Below, piece by piece: positions 51,986 through 64,000 of a DNA stretch of 64,000 nt. The stretch's first letter is position 1. Every line of letters starts with the position of its first letter. This DNA is from Octopus sinensis (taxonomy: Eukaryota): NCBI RefSeq assembly GCF_006345805.1, contig NC_042999.1, positions 77,624,001-77,688,000 on the forward strand. The letters are read 5' to 3'. Position numbers and translations under genes: made by a program. The notes beneath the pieces were generated by a model, which did not search any database, had not been told where the DNA came from, and worked only from the letters and a program-made list of their open reading frames with translations.

Positions 51986-53449
51986 TTACAATATAAGTTA
52001 CAACTTCATCGAGATTATTTACAGATTATTTGGAGTTCCGTTATCCATTCTGTAGGTAGTTAACTTCATCTGTGAGTGACTGCTAGAAGAACAGATGATA
52101 GAAGGAGAGGGAAAGGGTAAAAAAGAATTTAGTCAAGTAAAGAGGGTGGAGGTTGCGTAGTCGTGTGGAGACAAGCCATATGTGAAATGCTCCTTTGGGT
52201 CAGGGGCGAAACGAAAGAGAAAGAACCGAATTTGTGTTCCGTATTTATATTTTTTCGTACTAAATTAGGTCAGACTAAACAAAGGGTTTTCCATCTCTTA
52301 CCTGTTTTGACCTAAGTTTGTCTTGAAATAGCCAGTTAAAGAATAGAACTTATCTATATTTAACAGTTCCCGTCCATAAATTTCTGAGTGTAAACGCAGA
52401 GAACAATAAAAAGGACATTTCTAATCCTGGCTTAGAATCTAGGAAGCTATTCGCTAAACATGCAATAATATGACTTGAAACATTATTAACCAATAACGAA
52501 CTCCTCTATTCTTTCTTTTCGTACCTAACTTGGTCTGGTTATCAATTTCATTGGCTATGAGTTACAATGTTGTATGTAGTACAACTTATATTATTAAAGG
52601 AAGTAGCTAATAACGGTTGCTGCAACTCATAGGACACTGTAATATTAAAAGAAATTAAATAAGATAATTAGTGACAGACTTATTTTCCCTACCTAAATAT
52701 TTACTTTCCCTGTCTATTCCTTCGCAACGGTTTCTTTTAAGCTCATGTCGAACGCTATTAAATTTTCTCAATAACAAATGCAGCCAGCCTACATCACCGG
52801 TCTTTACTCATTGTTGATTGTAGATAGGGTTCTGTGAGTCAAGTTTCAGAAAACCTCACCCGGCAGAAGAATTCTTAGAGTAATTACACCATTACACGAC
52901 ATCATCCTCATCGTCGTCGTCGTCGTCGTTTAACGTCTGCTTTCCATACTGGCATGGGTTGGATTGTCTTATAATTAAAAACAATGATTTCATTAACACC
53001 TTCAGAACTCATTGCAATAATTTCATTCCTGCTGGTTTTCAACTAATCTTTGAATACAAACATTAGTGGCAGGATGCCTATTTTATTCTGGTGCCGAAGC
53101 CATATTTTGACAATGTTCCGCGGTCAATCTAACAATATCATTCAATGAAACAAAGGCTTGACTTATTTCTTCCATTTATTCACCCCTTTCTATGACTGTT
53201 TTAATAAATGTGCCCAAAATTATAAAATAAAGCTCAGTTTTGATTGTGGATCATCTAACGACTCATCGTTTTATTTATAATCGTTCATTTTTTAAGTTTA
53301 AAATTCGTTTGTGAACGCCCTTATCCTTTTTCTATAATTCAGCACTTCTTCAAGTCAATGTTCGTTTAGTCTCAAGTCACATGACGAATTTTAAACTTAA
53401 AAGTTGATATTTCCCTCTGTCAGAGCCTTGTATTAATCGATTTCCGTGG

Positions 53450-54610
53450 TGCCCACTACTATTACAATGACGTATATGCTAGCGTGGTTCTGCTGCACTC
53501 CCAGTCCTTCAAGAATTCAGCTTCTATAGAAGTGGCTCAAGCGTCAGCATATACAGAAGGGATGAGAGACGACACCTTTAACGGACCGAGCGTATGATTT
53601 GAAACGGTTTCGATTTGCTGTTAATCTGACCGCTGAGTACATACTGCAGTGCATTAAAGTGATTCAGCCTCCAAAGACGCGGTCGAGGCTGATTGCAATG
53701 AAAACAACCTCCTAGTAACGATGACCAATCATATCGAAAGCTTTCATCAGAGCCTCACTGAGGCTAGATTTGTTACTCTATCTCTACGATGTATCGCTTG
53801 AGGTGGAGGTTGTTTGCGTTTTCTCGACCATACTTTAAACGATAAACTTATCATTTACACCTTGACCAACATCCTAAACTTGATATTTAGTAGTTATGGA
53901 TCAGAAGTTATCAACTGTGTCACCCTTCTTAGGGTCTTTTTTCAGTAGCACCACCATTTCGCATCTTCCAGAACTAGGAATTATCAACGTTCTGCTGCCA
54001 GCTTCAGTAGAGGTCTACCACGATATCTCCGAACAAGTCTGGCATATAAGCGTAAAGCTCGTAGGTTAGACCATCCAAACCAAGCGATTTGCGCCCCACA
54101 CAACCACTTACTACTACATACATTTCAGGTGCTGTTATCGGCTTTACGTGTTACTCCGCATCTTCGGTCGGGACCTCGGACACACCAAAGTAGGCATTGA
54201 GGTCCTCTACTTTTTCTGGTTCATCAGCCATCCTGAACAGTTAACTAAAATACTGCTAGAAAGCAGCACACATCGTTTTGGTACGCCAAGGGACGAATTG
54301 TGGCTTTCTTGTCGCGCTACGCCCCTGAAGGCCACCAAACAATTTTCGTTCCTTCGTGTTTTAGGTAGCGTGTCTTAACTATTACGATGAAACCTTCGTA
54401 ATTTTCGTTGAAGAAACTGCCAAGAGCCATTTTTGCTGCTTGTAATTTTGTTGGAATGCCTGTCCTAATTTCCCCTTCTTATTTATCACTAACTCTCCCT
54501 TTAATCTAATTATTTTTATTGCCAGCATGTGATTGATGTTGTATTTCATTGATCTAGAAATACCAAAAGAAGTTTTATCTGACATTCAGGATGTCTTATA
54601 TCGGGTCTGA
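53450..54610 (-). mobile_element. Degraded Tx1/L1-type LINE ORF2 (RT)
   Basis: KSLGLDGLTYELY..LLKKDPKKGDTVDNF*SIT and SVR*RCRLSSLLYMLTLEPLL. Confidence 0.8.
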
Positions 54611-54983
54611 CAAAAATATTCTTGGGATGTTTTATATGACACATTCTACCATTGTCCGAAGTTTGAAAGTGTTTGGTTACAAAAAATTATTTTAAAAATC
54701 TGTCGTTCAAAAGGTAAAGTTCCAAAACCTCTGTGGTACTCATATGAACCTTTACGTATTTTAGAAAGTGACAATACAAAAATACTATGGGACTTTAGCC
54801 AACAGACAGATCGCTAAACGTCATATAACAGATTTTATTACAGTACCATCATGTCTGGTACATAATCGGGTTGAAAAGGACACACACACACACACACACA
54901 CACAGACGGTAGTGTCGCGAGTTAAAATTATTTTAAAAAAACCCTGAATATATCTAAGTGTATGCGAGAGAAAGTGAGCGAGC

Positions 54984-55024
<41 letters not shown>

Positions 55025-56784
55025 AGGGAAAGAGGTGGGAGAGACCTATCAAAGGATAAATAATAAAAATTTCAACTTCTGTGCACAAATTGCTTTTGTA
55101 TTTACAACTCTTCATACCAAATCAATAAAATAAAAATAGAAACAAAATTTCTTAAACGTCATTGAAGTTAGATTATGGGATTGATTCACATTTCAGTATA
55201 AGCAGTGAACGAGAAGCCCTCTTTTATTTATGGTAGGTCACTTGACCTTCTATAAATAAAACCAAATGTGTTTCTAATTATGCCTTACCAACCAGAAAAG
55301 TAAGCGTTACAACGGACAGCCATACTGTTTAGTACTATTTTGTAATGTTTAGTACAAAACAACAAAACAGTTTAGTTTACTCTTCGACGTGTAACGTAAC
55401 GCTCAACAATGTCATGGACATCAATTTATCAAAAGCATAATATTCGAACGATTTCATATTTGTTCCTAACCATTAAAATCTGTAACTGGAGGTGTTCGTA
55501 AACGAAGAGAAAAATTCAAATGAAAATAAATCATAACGAGGTCACTCTTACGAAGCTCTCACACTCTAAAAAGAAAAAGAAAAAAAAAACAAGAACAAAG
55601 AGATTAACATAAGAAACCCCAGAAACATTAAATACAATTATAATATTACTTTTTATTCATACTCCATGTCAAGCAGTAAAAATATGTATTGAAATTGAGG
55701 TCAGCAGATATAATTGTATTTTTAGGAGCAGTGAAATACAACTCCTCCTCCTCCTCCTCCTCCTCCTCATCATCATCATCATCATCTCTACCTCTCATCT
55801 TCTTGCTTAATTTTCTTCTCTCATAAATGGATTGTCTACTTGTTTCTTCTGGGGATTGGTCAAGAAGAACACTTATATACACGCGCGCGCGCCCCAACAT
55901 ACATATAAACACACACACACACACACGCGCGCACACATACATACATATAGCTATTTCTGTCCTAAACAAACTTACTTTTCCAGCTCAAATTCAGTCAAGC
56001 GGAAAATATACTCCTTAACTACGCGCTAAAAAGCTATTAAAAATATCCACATGACGTCTACTGACCAGCCTGAACAATAAGAATTTTCAACAACGCTATT
56101 TTCGAAAACTCCATACACCACTCCATACAACATTCCTTCTAAACATTCACGTGACCTCTCTATTATGACCACATTCACGTGACCTCTTTATTATGACCAA
56201 TAAGAAATTTTAGGCGCGATACCAGCCAAATTTTAACATCTCTGGAGCCTATTTTCTTACCCTAACACCAACTTCCATTCAAACATTCACGTGACCCCTT
56301 TATAATGACCAATCAAAATTGTATTGACCATTGTCCACAAGAAATTTTAGGCGCGAAACCAAGCAAATCTTAAGCAACTCTGGAGTCTCTTTTTTCACAT
56401 ATAAGAGACAGCAAACCCAACATAAAGTCAGATAAGAGAAAAAAAAATCAATCAGAAAGGAACTCTATCTCACTCAAAATATCTTTTGATAAGCATAACA
56501 AATGCGCAACCGGTAAACTCTTACTTTTTTTATTCTACACTGAAATCTGACATTGAACTTTTCCACAAAAAACTGTATATTACACGCTTTTACTAAATAT
56601 CTTATTCTGAAACAGAACACTGTACAAGACTTTTACTTTTTTTCTTATACACTGAAATCATTCACAAAAAATGAACATTGTATTCTAACCCAATTTTTCT
56701 CTTTTTTTGTTTAAAAAAAGAACTTTCACCTAATTAAATACACTCTCCCTTACTTAAATTATTTTGTCAGCATTTTCTTCATTC

Positions 56785-56874
<90 letters not shown>

Positions 56875-57113
56875 GGAACAAAAACGTAATAGAGGACACT
56901 GAAACATTCGGACAGATTGACGATACAAAGGCGGACAAGAGAAACACCAATTAGAAAGACAGGTAAAAAAGACGGGTCATTCGTGGCCTTATATATATAT
57001 ATATATAATTATATATATATATATATAATTATATATATATATATATATATATTATATAATATATATATATATAATATATATATATATATATGTATATATA
57101 ATATATATATATT

Positions 57114-57181
<68 letters not shown>

Positions 57182-57325
57182 GGTGATGTACTCACATAGC
57201 AAGTGATTTGATCTGAGATCGTGTGCTGAAACAAAAACAATTGCAGCGTGTTTGTAAGCAGGTGTTTGTAAGCCATTTAAGAAACACACAAAAGCCGTTC
57301 GATTCACTTCAACATTTAAGTTTAA

Positions 57326-57375
57326 TTTGTCAAAATATTTTCGTCGCTAAAATCCGCGACCTGTTCACTGACAAA
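57326..57375 (-). ncRNA. Hammerhead ribozyme variant with swapped G3:C8 core pair
   Basis: tttgtca-GTGAACA-g-gtcgc(ggatttta)gcgac-GAAA-atat-TT-tgacaaa: perfect 7-bp stem I, 5-bp stem II, palindromic AATATT stem III. Confidence 0.7.
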
Positions 57376-57426
<51 letters not shown>

Positions 57427-57427
<1 letters not shown>

Positions 57428-57828
57428 GTGGAAAAAAGTCAAGATAGAAAATGTTAAAATGATTTTATAAAAAACATTTCAGTACCGCTTTCAGTCATTG
57501 AGACTTTTTCAACTGTAAGTATGGAAAACAATTAAATTTTGAAAAAAATTAAAAGAAAAGTTTTTAAAAGAATAATTGCATAGTATTCAAATACAAGGGC
57601 CTCGAACCCACAAGAGTAAACAAGGGAGACAGAGACAGGCGGAAACAAGGAAAATACCCCTTGTATTTGAATACTATGCAAATATTTTTTTCAAAAAATT
57701 TTCTTTTAATTTTTCCAAAATTTAATTGTTTTCCATACTTACAGTTGAAAAAGTCTCAATGACTGAAACCGGTACTGAAATGTTTTTTATAAAATCATTT
57801 TAGCATTTTCTACCTTGACTTTTTCCAC
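57427..57828. mobile_element. Fold-back element (~170-bp arms) with outward-facing U3:A8 hammerheads
   Basis: Plus 57742-57777 is cag-TTGAAAA-agtc(tcaat)gact-GAAA-ccgg-TA-ctg; mirror copy at 57480-57515(-); flanked by (TG)n/(CA)n. Confidence 0.8.
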
Positions 57829-57859
57829 ATATATGAACTCGTGTATTCCTTTTCAACCT

Positions 57860-57913
<54 letters not shown>

Positions 57914-58987
57914 CACACACACATCTGTGTTTACCAGTAGAGAGGATGGGAATTTGTCGTCCCTAGCATGAGTGTTTCTTCCATCAGGACCAAAAGAAAG
58001 AAGAAAGAACCGGATTTAGGTACTGTATTTATATATGTTGCAAAGCTGGACGTAGGCCGGAGAACAATTGGGAGTAAAAGAGTTTATCGCTGTTGAGCTT
58101 TATTTAACCCAAGAATGTCCACTTAAACTATAGAACTCTATTGAGTGTGACAGTTGACTCTCATGCATTTCAGAAAGAGGATAATAATAAGATACTCGTA
58201 GAAAGGTCTAGACTGGGTTTCGAATGTTAACTAAGAATCTAGGAAACTATTCGTTACACATGTATGGTGGGTAAAGGGATGCTTACACAAGTTAGACACT
58301 AAGCTAGCGCTTGGTCTGGTTAAATTCTTAAAAGCAAAAGCAGATAAGTTGGCAAGAAGAAAATGTTAAAGGTGTATATCTTTGCGCGTTACATATATAG
58401 ATGCGAATGAAAAAATATATATGCGTGTGTAAATATATAATGAATATATAATTACAATCGTAAATTTATATTAATTGATGCTTATAAATTTGTCAACATT
58501 ATTTTCATGCGCCCATCTTTTGTCTTTTTCGTACAAACATACGTACGTATATATATATACACACCTACATAAATTTACACAACACTGCGTATACGAGAAA
58601 ATCTAAAATAAAGATAAATCTTAAATAGTTAAACTACGTTTTTTTAAAGCGTTTTGAAATGCCATGTTCAAATTTAAATAGGCGATGATGATGTTGGATT
58701 TCGAAATGAACTATCAAACGGAGTATGGATTTTAATGATGAGAAATACGTCAGCTGTACACTCTCAATAGATAGTGAGTTTATGTTTTATGGAGTTGATC
58801 GTATTGGACTGTTACAAGCATAGTTGTGACAAGTTCCAACAAGATAAGAATATCATACGGAACATATTCTTTTATTGCTTCTTTTACTTGTTTCAGTCAT
58901 TAGACTGCACCACCTCGAATAATTTTAGTCGAACGAATCAACCCCAGTACTTATTAATGCTTGTAAAGCATCTTTAAAATGCTGACA

Positions 58988-59266
58988 CTACGTCCGACTT
59001 TGCAACATATATAAATACAGTACCTAAATCCGGTTCTTTCTTCTTTCTTTTTTGGTCCTGGTGGAAGAAACACTCATACTAGGGACGACAAATTCCCATC
59101 CTCTCAACTGGTAAACACAGATGTGTGTGTGTGTGTGTGTGTGTGTAGAAGGTTGAAAAGGAACACACGAGTTGATATATGTAGAAAAAAAGTCTAGATA
59201 GAAAATGCTAAAATAATTTTATAAAAAACATTTCAGTACCGGTTTCAGTCATTGAGACTTTTTCAA
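58988..59266 (-). repeat. Inverted duplicate of 57745-58055 carrying a third U3:A8 hammerhead core (59234-59266)
   Basis: The reverse-complement match includes the (CA)n tract and flanking unique sequence. Confidence 0.85.
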
Positions 59267-59776
59267 ATACACACACACACACGCTGGGCTTCTTTCAGTT
59301 TCCGCCAACCAACTCCACTCGTAAGGCTTTGTTCGGCCCGAGATATAGTGGAAAACACCCAAGGTGCTACGCAGTGGGACTACCCGGAACCATGTAGTTG
59401 GGGTGGGGAGAAAACTTTTTACTACACAGACACGGTATGCCGTTTGATTATCAAGTTGCCTATAAGTGTCAGCATTTTAAATATTTATAGGCTTTTAAAA
59501 GTCATTTAAATAAAAATCCAAAAGTACTTTTGGCACGCCACGATCAGACAAATCCGTTGACAGATGTGCGATTTATAAAATCATTCCATGATGTGTACGT
59601 TATTACACAAATATACACGCACAAGCACATGCACGTGCACAAACATATGCACACCTGTGCGTGTAGATGCATGTGCGTGCGTATGTGTGGGTGCTTGTGT
59701 GTGTTTGTGCATGCGTATGTATGTGTGTGTGTGTGTATGTGTATTTATCGAAGTGTACAGTATTATATATACATTA

Positions 59777-59868
59777 CGGCCGATCTTACCAATCGGTTTC
59801 GCACTAGGGGTTCAACAGTGTTAGGTAATAGTTCGGTTATGTAACCCTGCGCTCTTCAGAGGTGGCCG
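59777..59868 (-). ncRNA. Type I hammerhead ribozyme in the PLE 3' region
   Basis: cggccacct-CTGAAGA-gcgcagggtt..aacccctagtgc-GAAA-ccgattgg-TA-agatcggccg; lies downstream of the Naiad ORF on the same strand. Confidence 0.8.
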
Positions 59869-60149
59869 TTATGGAATGAAATATGGCGACTGCTCTCTAT
59901 TGCTAGAAGTGAATAGTCACATCCGGTTTGTGGTTGCTGTGAAAAAGATGATGAAAAGAGTTTCTGGAAAACGTGTATGCCTTTAAGGTTGGTATTCTTG
60001 TGGAAATGAAATGCGTGTATAGCAATGGAATATGCATAGCCTTCGGGTGTGTGTGTGTGTGTGTGGGGGGGGCATAACATCTGTGTTCGTGTTTTCCATT
60101 CTTTTATGTTTTTGTTAAATTCGTGAGGCATTTATGTATACATGCGGTG

Positions 60150-61450
60150 TGTGTAGAGGTACAATATGTGTGGGGGGTTTATATTGGCCGATCAGTGGAA
60201 TTGTTGTGTTACGCCTACATGACCATCCTGCCTCTGTCTCAGGTGTAAACCTACCTGCTAAAACTTTTTTTACATTGAGTGCACACTAAAGGAAATTCTC
60301 AGAGTGTGCTTATTAAATATTTGCTAAACCTATGTATACAGGGGAAGTGCTTATCTGCTAAGCTAAGGGAAATCTTATCTACTCGGGCTTCAATACTTAG
60401 AGAGAGGGGCAGTGTGAACCACAACACTTTCCGGTGGCGCTTTGTCTTAGGAGGGTTAGAGTCTGGCGTGTAACTAATTCTATCCTTGGAACCGCTGGCG
60501 GCCAGAGCCTCATTGTAGTACGGACCGCAGTACCAAGAATCTCTTTTAAGATAGGTTGGGGATTTTTCTGCTGACGCCCTTTACCAGGTTCTTGAAAATT
60601 ATGGTTAGATGACAGGAACCTGTGTTAAAATATCATAACTTCTCATTTGGCTTCCTAAATTGTCTGTAGGCACCGGACTCCAAGACCAAGGCCACATCAA
60701 GTAAATCCACTGTTTTCAGGTCGGACTCTATCGTGACCTTCAGTCCAAGGGAATTTATGATCTTACACCATAAGACGAGGCCAGAAGCAATTCTAACGCC
60801 GTTATTAATCTTCCTGATGATCTGTTTGCTCACCTCTCCGATCTCAGACTTTGCAGGGTTTATCAGCCTGCACTTGGGGTACGAGGCGAAGTTTGGTTTA
60901 TGGTCCTTGATCATAATAAAGGCTTCTGTCTTCGCAAGTGTTTATCCTATTCTCTATACCTAGTTTAACTGCTATATCCTTGGCCTCATAGGCGATGCTA
61001 TCATAAGCTTGAGTGGCAGCCCTCCAGTACGTTTGTGCAATACCGTTGTTAAGTAGCTGTGCATATGTGTCGTTACTTACTCTATATAGAGTTTTAGTCT
61101 TATCGGAGAATAGAAAGGTCCTATAAGCCTACAGGATGTCTGCTCTAAGTTTAGTTTGGAAAGCGTTAGAGGACTTCTGGAATTTCAGTCGGGGTATAAT
61201 AAAATGTCGTTCTCGAAGGCTTCCATTTCTTTGATCTTAGTTGGAAACTTACTGGATTTCAGCCCAACGTGTTCAGTCTCCGGAGATGGTTTGGGCTGAT
61301 CCAAGTAAAAGGCCTTCCACGTCATTCTCCTGATCAGGTCGATTATCTTTTCCAGCACTAGCCTTGTATAAAGCTCATTTGATGGAGTTGTGATATTCTT
61401 TGTTGAATGTCCCAGGTCATACAATTCCATTGTAATAGATGTATAATATC
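60150..61450 (-). mobile_element. Penelope-like element (Naiad-type) RT remnant, internally deleted
   Basis: HSTKNITTPS..RRMTWKAF, KDHKPNF..PKCRLINPAKSEIG, GLKVTIE..VDLLDV, YYNEALAASG..RKVLWFTLP..KHFP. Confidence 0.9.
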
Positions 61451-62070
61451 TGTGGTGAGTTTTTGGTGACTATGTAGAGAAAATCGGCCGGCGTTTTTTG
61501 ACTTCTCCCATCAATATCATCCTTGTTTCATCATTCACCTCATCAATGTATGTGTCTAGCTCGCAAGCTACTCTTTGTAATGCCTTTATGGCAAATCTTA
61601 ATGAAATAATGTAGAGCGTACCGCCGGGAAACGCAGCTATATGGCACAAGACGCGGACGACTTATTGCTATACAGTTTGCAGTGTGTAGGAGTAAGTGCG
61701 TGTGCGTGTAAGCCGGCTAAAGTCCATAAGTCAGGAAACATTGCACTCGTATATCTGTCAGTAGAGTAGGTATATTAATCAAAATGTACATTATTATATA
61801 TCCATTACGGATGATCTTATCTCAGACAACATAGCTATGGTCTAATATAGAGAAACAACAGGGTGACGCCGTTAGTAGGAGAGGTTGGGAAGGTAAAAGA
61901 GGAGGGCGAAGTATGGTATCTGAATAAAATACTGGACACCAAGCTAGGTTAAGAGAATTTAATAGAAGTCAAAAGCATTTATGAACAAGGTAGGCGGAAA
62001 TGAAAAAGTAACAACTGAGAAAATGAAAAAGTGAAAAGATGAGACAGTGTGAAAGGGTGAGATTTTAATA

Positions 62071-62217
62071 GATTACATTCGTTAGCGCTTTCGAATCAAG
62101 GATCCTTCATCAGACGTGTGTGTATGTGTGTGTGCACGCGCGTGTGCTTGTGAGTGTATATTTGTGAAATAATGTCTGATGAAAGATCCTTGATCCGAAA
62201 ACGCTAACGAATGCAAA
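62071..62217. ncRNA. Outward-facing pair of minimal hammerheads around a (TG)n spacer
   Basis: 62080-62116(-) is cgt-CTGATGA-a-ggatccttgattc-GAAA-gcgc-TA-acg; 62173-62209(+) is tgt-CTGATGA-a-agatccttgatcc-GAAA-acgc-TA-acg. Confidence 0.8.
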
Positions 62218-62269
62218 CTTAAACTTAACCGGATAACTAGCAACAACGCTATACACAGATCACACGCCA

Positions 62270-62375
<106 letters not shown>

Positions 62376-62846
62376 GTGTCTGTCTGTCTATCTGTCTGTC
62401 TTAAACCGTTAGACTTCAAAACTTTAAAACTTTAAAACCATAAACTCTAAGACTTTCAAATTCTATAACTTCAAGTTTTTTAATATTTAAGTAAAAATTA
62501 GTTTACGAGATTCTCTGGGAATTTTTTGAATTTTTGAACTTTTTTGATATTTTCTGCTTTATCAACAAAATTTCTTCTTCGAGGGTTGTTTGAAGTTTAT
62601 GTAATCTATTGAAATCTCCCCCTTTATTTTTTTCATTTTCATTTTCTCAGTTGATACTTTTTCCTTTCCTCTTGTCTTGATCATAAGTGCTTTTGACTTC
62701 TATTAATTCTCTTAACTTAGCTTGGGGTCCCCTGTTTTATTCAAATACCACACTTCACTCTCCTCTTTCACCTTACTAACCTCTCCTATTAACGGCGTTA
62801 TCCTGTTGTCTCTCTGTACGATGATATTTATATATATATATATATA

Positions 62847-63758
62847 CAGGGTGTTTCAAAAAATTTGATATCATTTGAGATGTAAATATCACAGAAACTA
62901 CATAGTCAAAGCAAATGAAACTAAACAGGCATGTTGATGTTACTCTAAATTTGAATGAGAAATTCAAAGGTATGTGAATTCCATAAACAATTTCACAAAA
63001 ACGGGCCATGACGATGCTTCTTGGAGATGGCGCAGAAGACATTCACTTTTGGTGAGTCTCTCTCATGCTCAACTGTGGCATGGGGATTTTCTTTGCGCCA
63101 AATGCGAACATTATGCTTATTGACTTTGCCATTCGTATGAAATGTGGCCTCATCACTGAAAACAAGACGTTTACTGAAGTCGGTTTCTTCAAGTTCCTCT
63201 CGCATATCAACACAGAATTGTTTGCGCTTTCGCTTGTCATCTGCCGTTATGGCCTGAATGAGCTGCAGCTAGTAGGGTCTCATTAGCAGGCGTTTCCTCA
63301 GGACGCGCCAAATTGTCGTTGGAAGAATCATGATTTCCAGACTTGTTCTTTTTATGGACTTCTTGGAGTTTCGCAAGAGTTTTTGGCCAACTCACTCGAC
63401 CGTCTCTTCCGATGTTAGTGATTGTCCAGATCCTTTTTCTCTGCACAGACAGCCTTCCCCTTTGAATTGTTTGTGCCACGTCCAAATCTGCATTGCCGTT
63501 GATGACTCTTTAGAGAACTCTCTTATAAATGACTGCTGCACAGTCTTGTTCGACTGTGTTCGGGCATCCTCCAGCACACAACATATATTTTCTCTTCCAG
63601 TGAATGCCATTTCTATATCTGCAAAGGTAAACATATCAAACATTAAACATAAAATTTTCACCTGTTTCTACACATACTGTTAAAATTTGAAGTCATTTGA
63701 AGAAGAACTGGCCAAGTTATTAGATTGCGAAATGATATCAAAATTTTAAAACACTCTC

Positions 63759-63760
<2 letters not shown>
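62847..63760 (-). mobile_element. Tc1/mariner (rosa/DD41D-like) transposon, truncated transposase
   Basis: TIRs CAGGGTGTTTCAAAAAATTTGATATCATTT / AATGATATCAAAATTTTAAAACACTCTCTG; FSDEATFHTNGKVNKHNVRIW..ENPH. Confidence 0.85.
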
Positions 63761-63848
<88 letters not shown>

Positions 63849-63921
63849 CTGAGCGCCTAATAATAATAATACTGTAATTGTTCCACGTGTTGTTGTTTTT
63901 TCTGTTTTCCCGTTTGGATTA

Positions 63922-63984
<63 letters not shown>

Positions 63985-64000
63985 TCTAGTGAATCAGCAG

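Overview
AT-rich, repeat-dense animal genomic DNA. The SINE families, microsatellites and Toll receptor type fit a coleoid cephalopod, probably Octopus (inference). The only clear host gene is a single-exon, 1140-aa multiple-cysteine-cluster Toll-like receptor with two tandem TIR domains (31783-35205). The rest is transposon-derived: a young 4.25-kb Ty3/Gypsy element (305-bp LTRs, GTTAG TSD, -1 frameshift pseudoknot), RTE, Tx1/L1 and REL-type LINE relics, Naiad-type Penelope-like element (PLE) fragments, mariner, rosa-like, hAT and Merlin DNA transposons/MITEs, and many tRNA-derived SINEs. The most striking hidden signal is roughly 15-18 minimal type I hammerhead ribozyme (HHR) motifs found by eye on both strands, mostly with palindromic stem III. 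Many sit as outward-facing pairs in short non-coding fold-back elements next to (TA)n/(CA)n tracts. They include compensatory core variants (C3:G8, U3:A8, G3:C8) and one family fused to a tRNA-like Pol III head. Also notable: two divergent ORF1-only retroelements share a near-identical 3' module and are inserted within a few bp of each other inside a mariner. All calls come from manual reading; no searches or folding programs were run.
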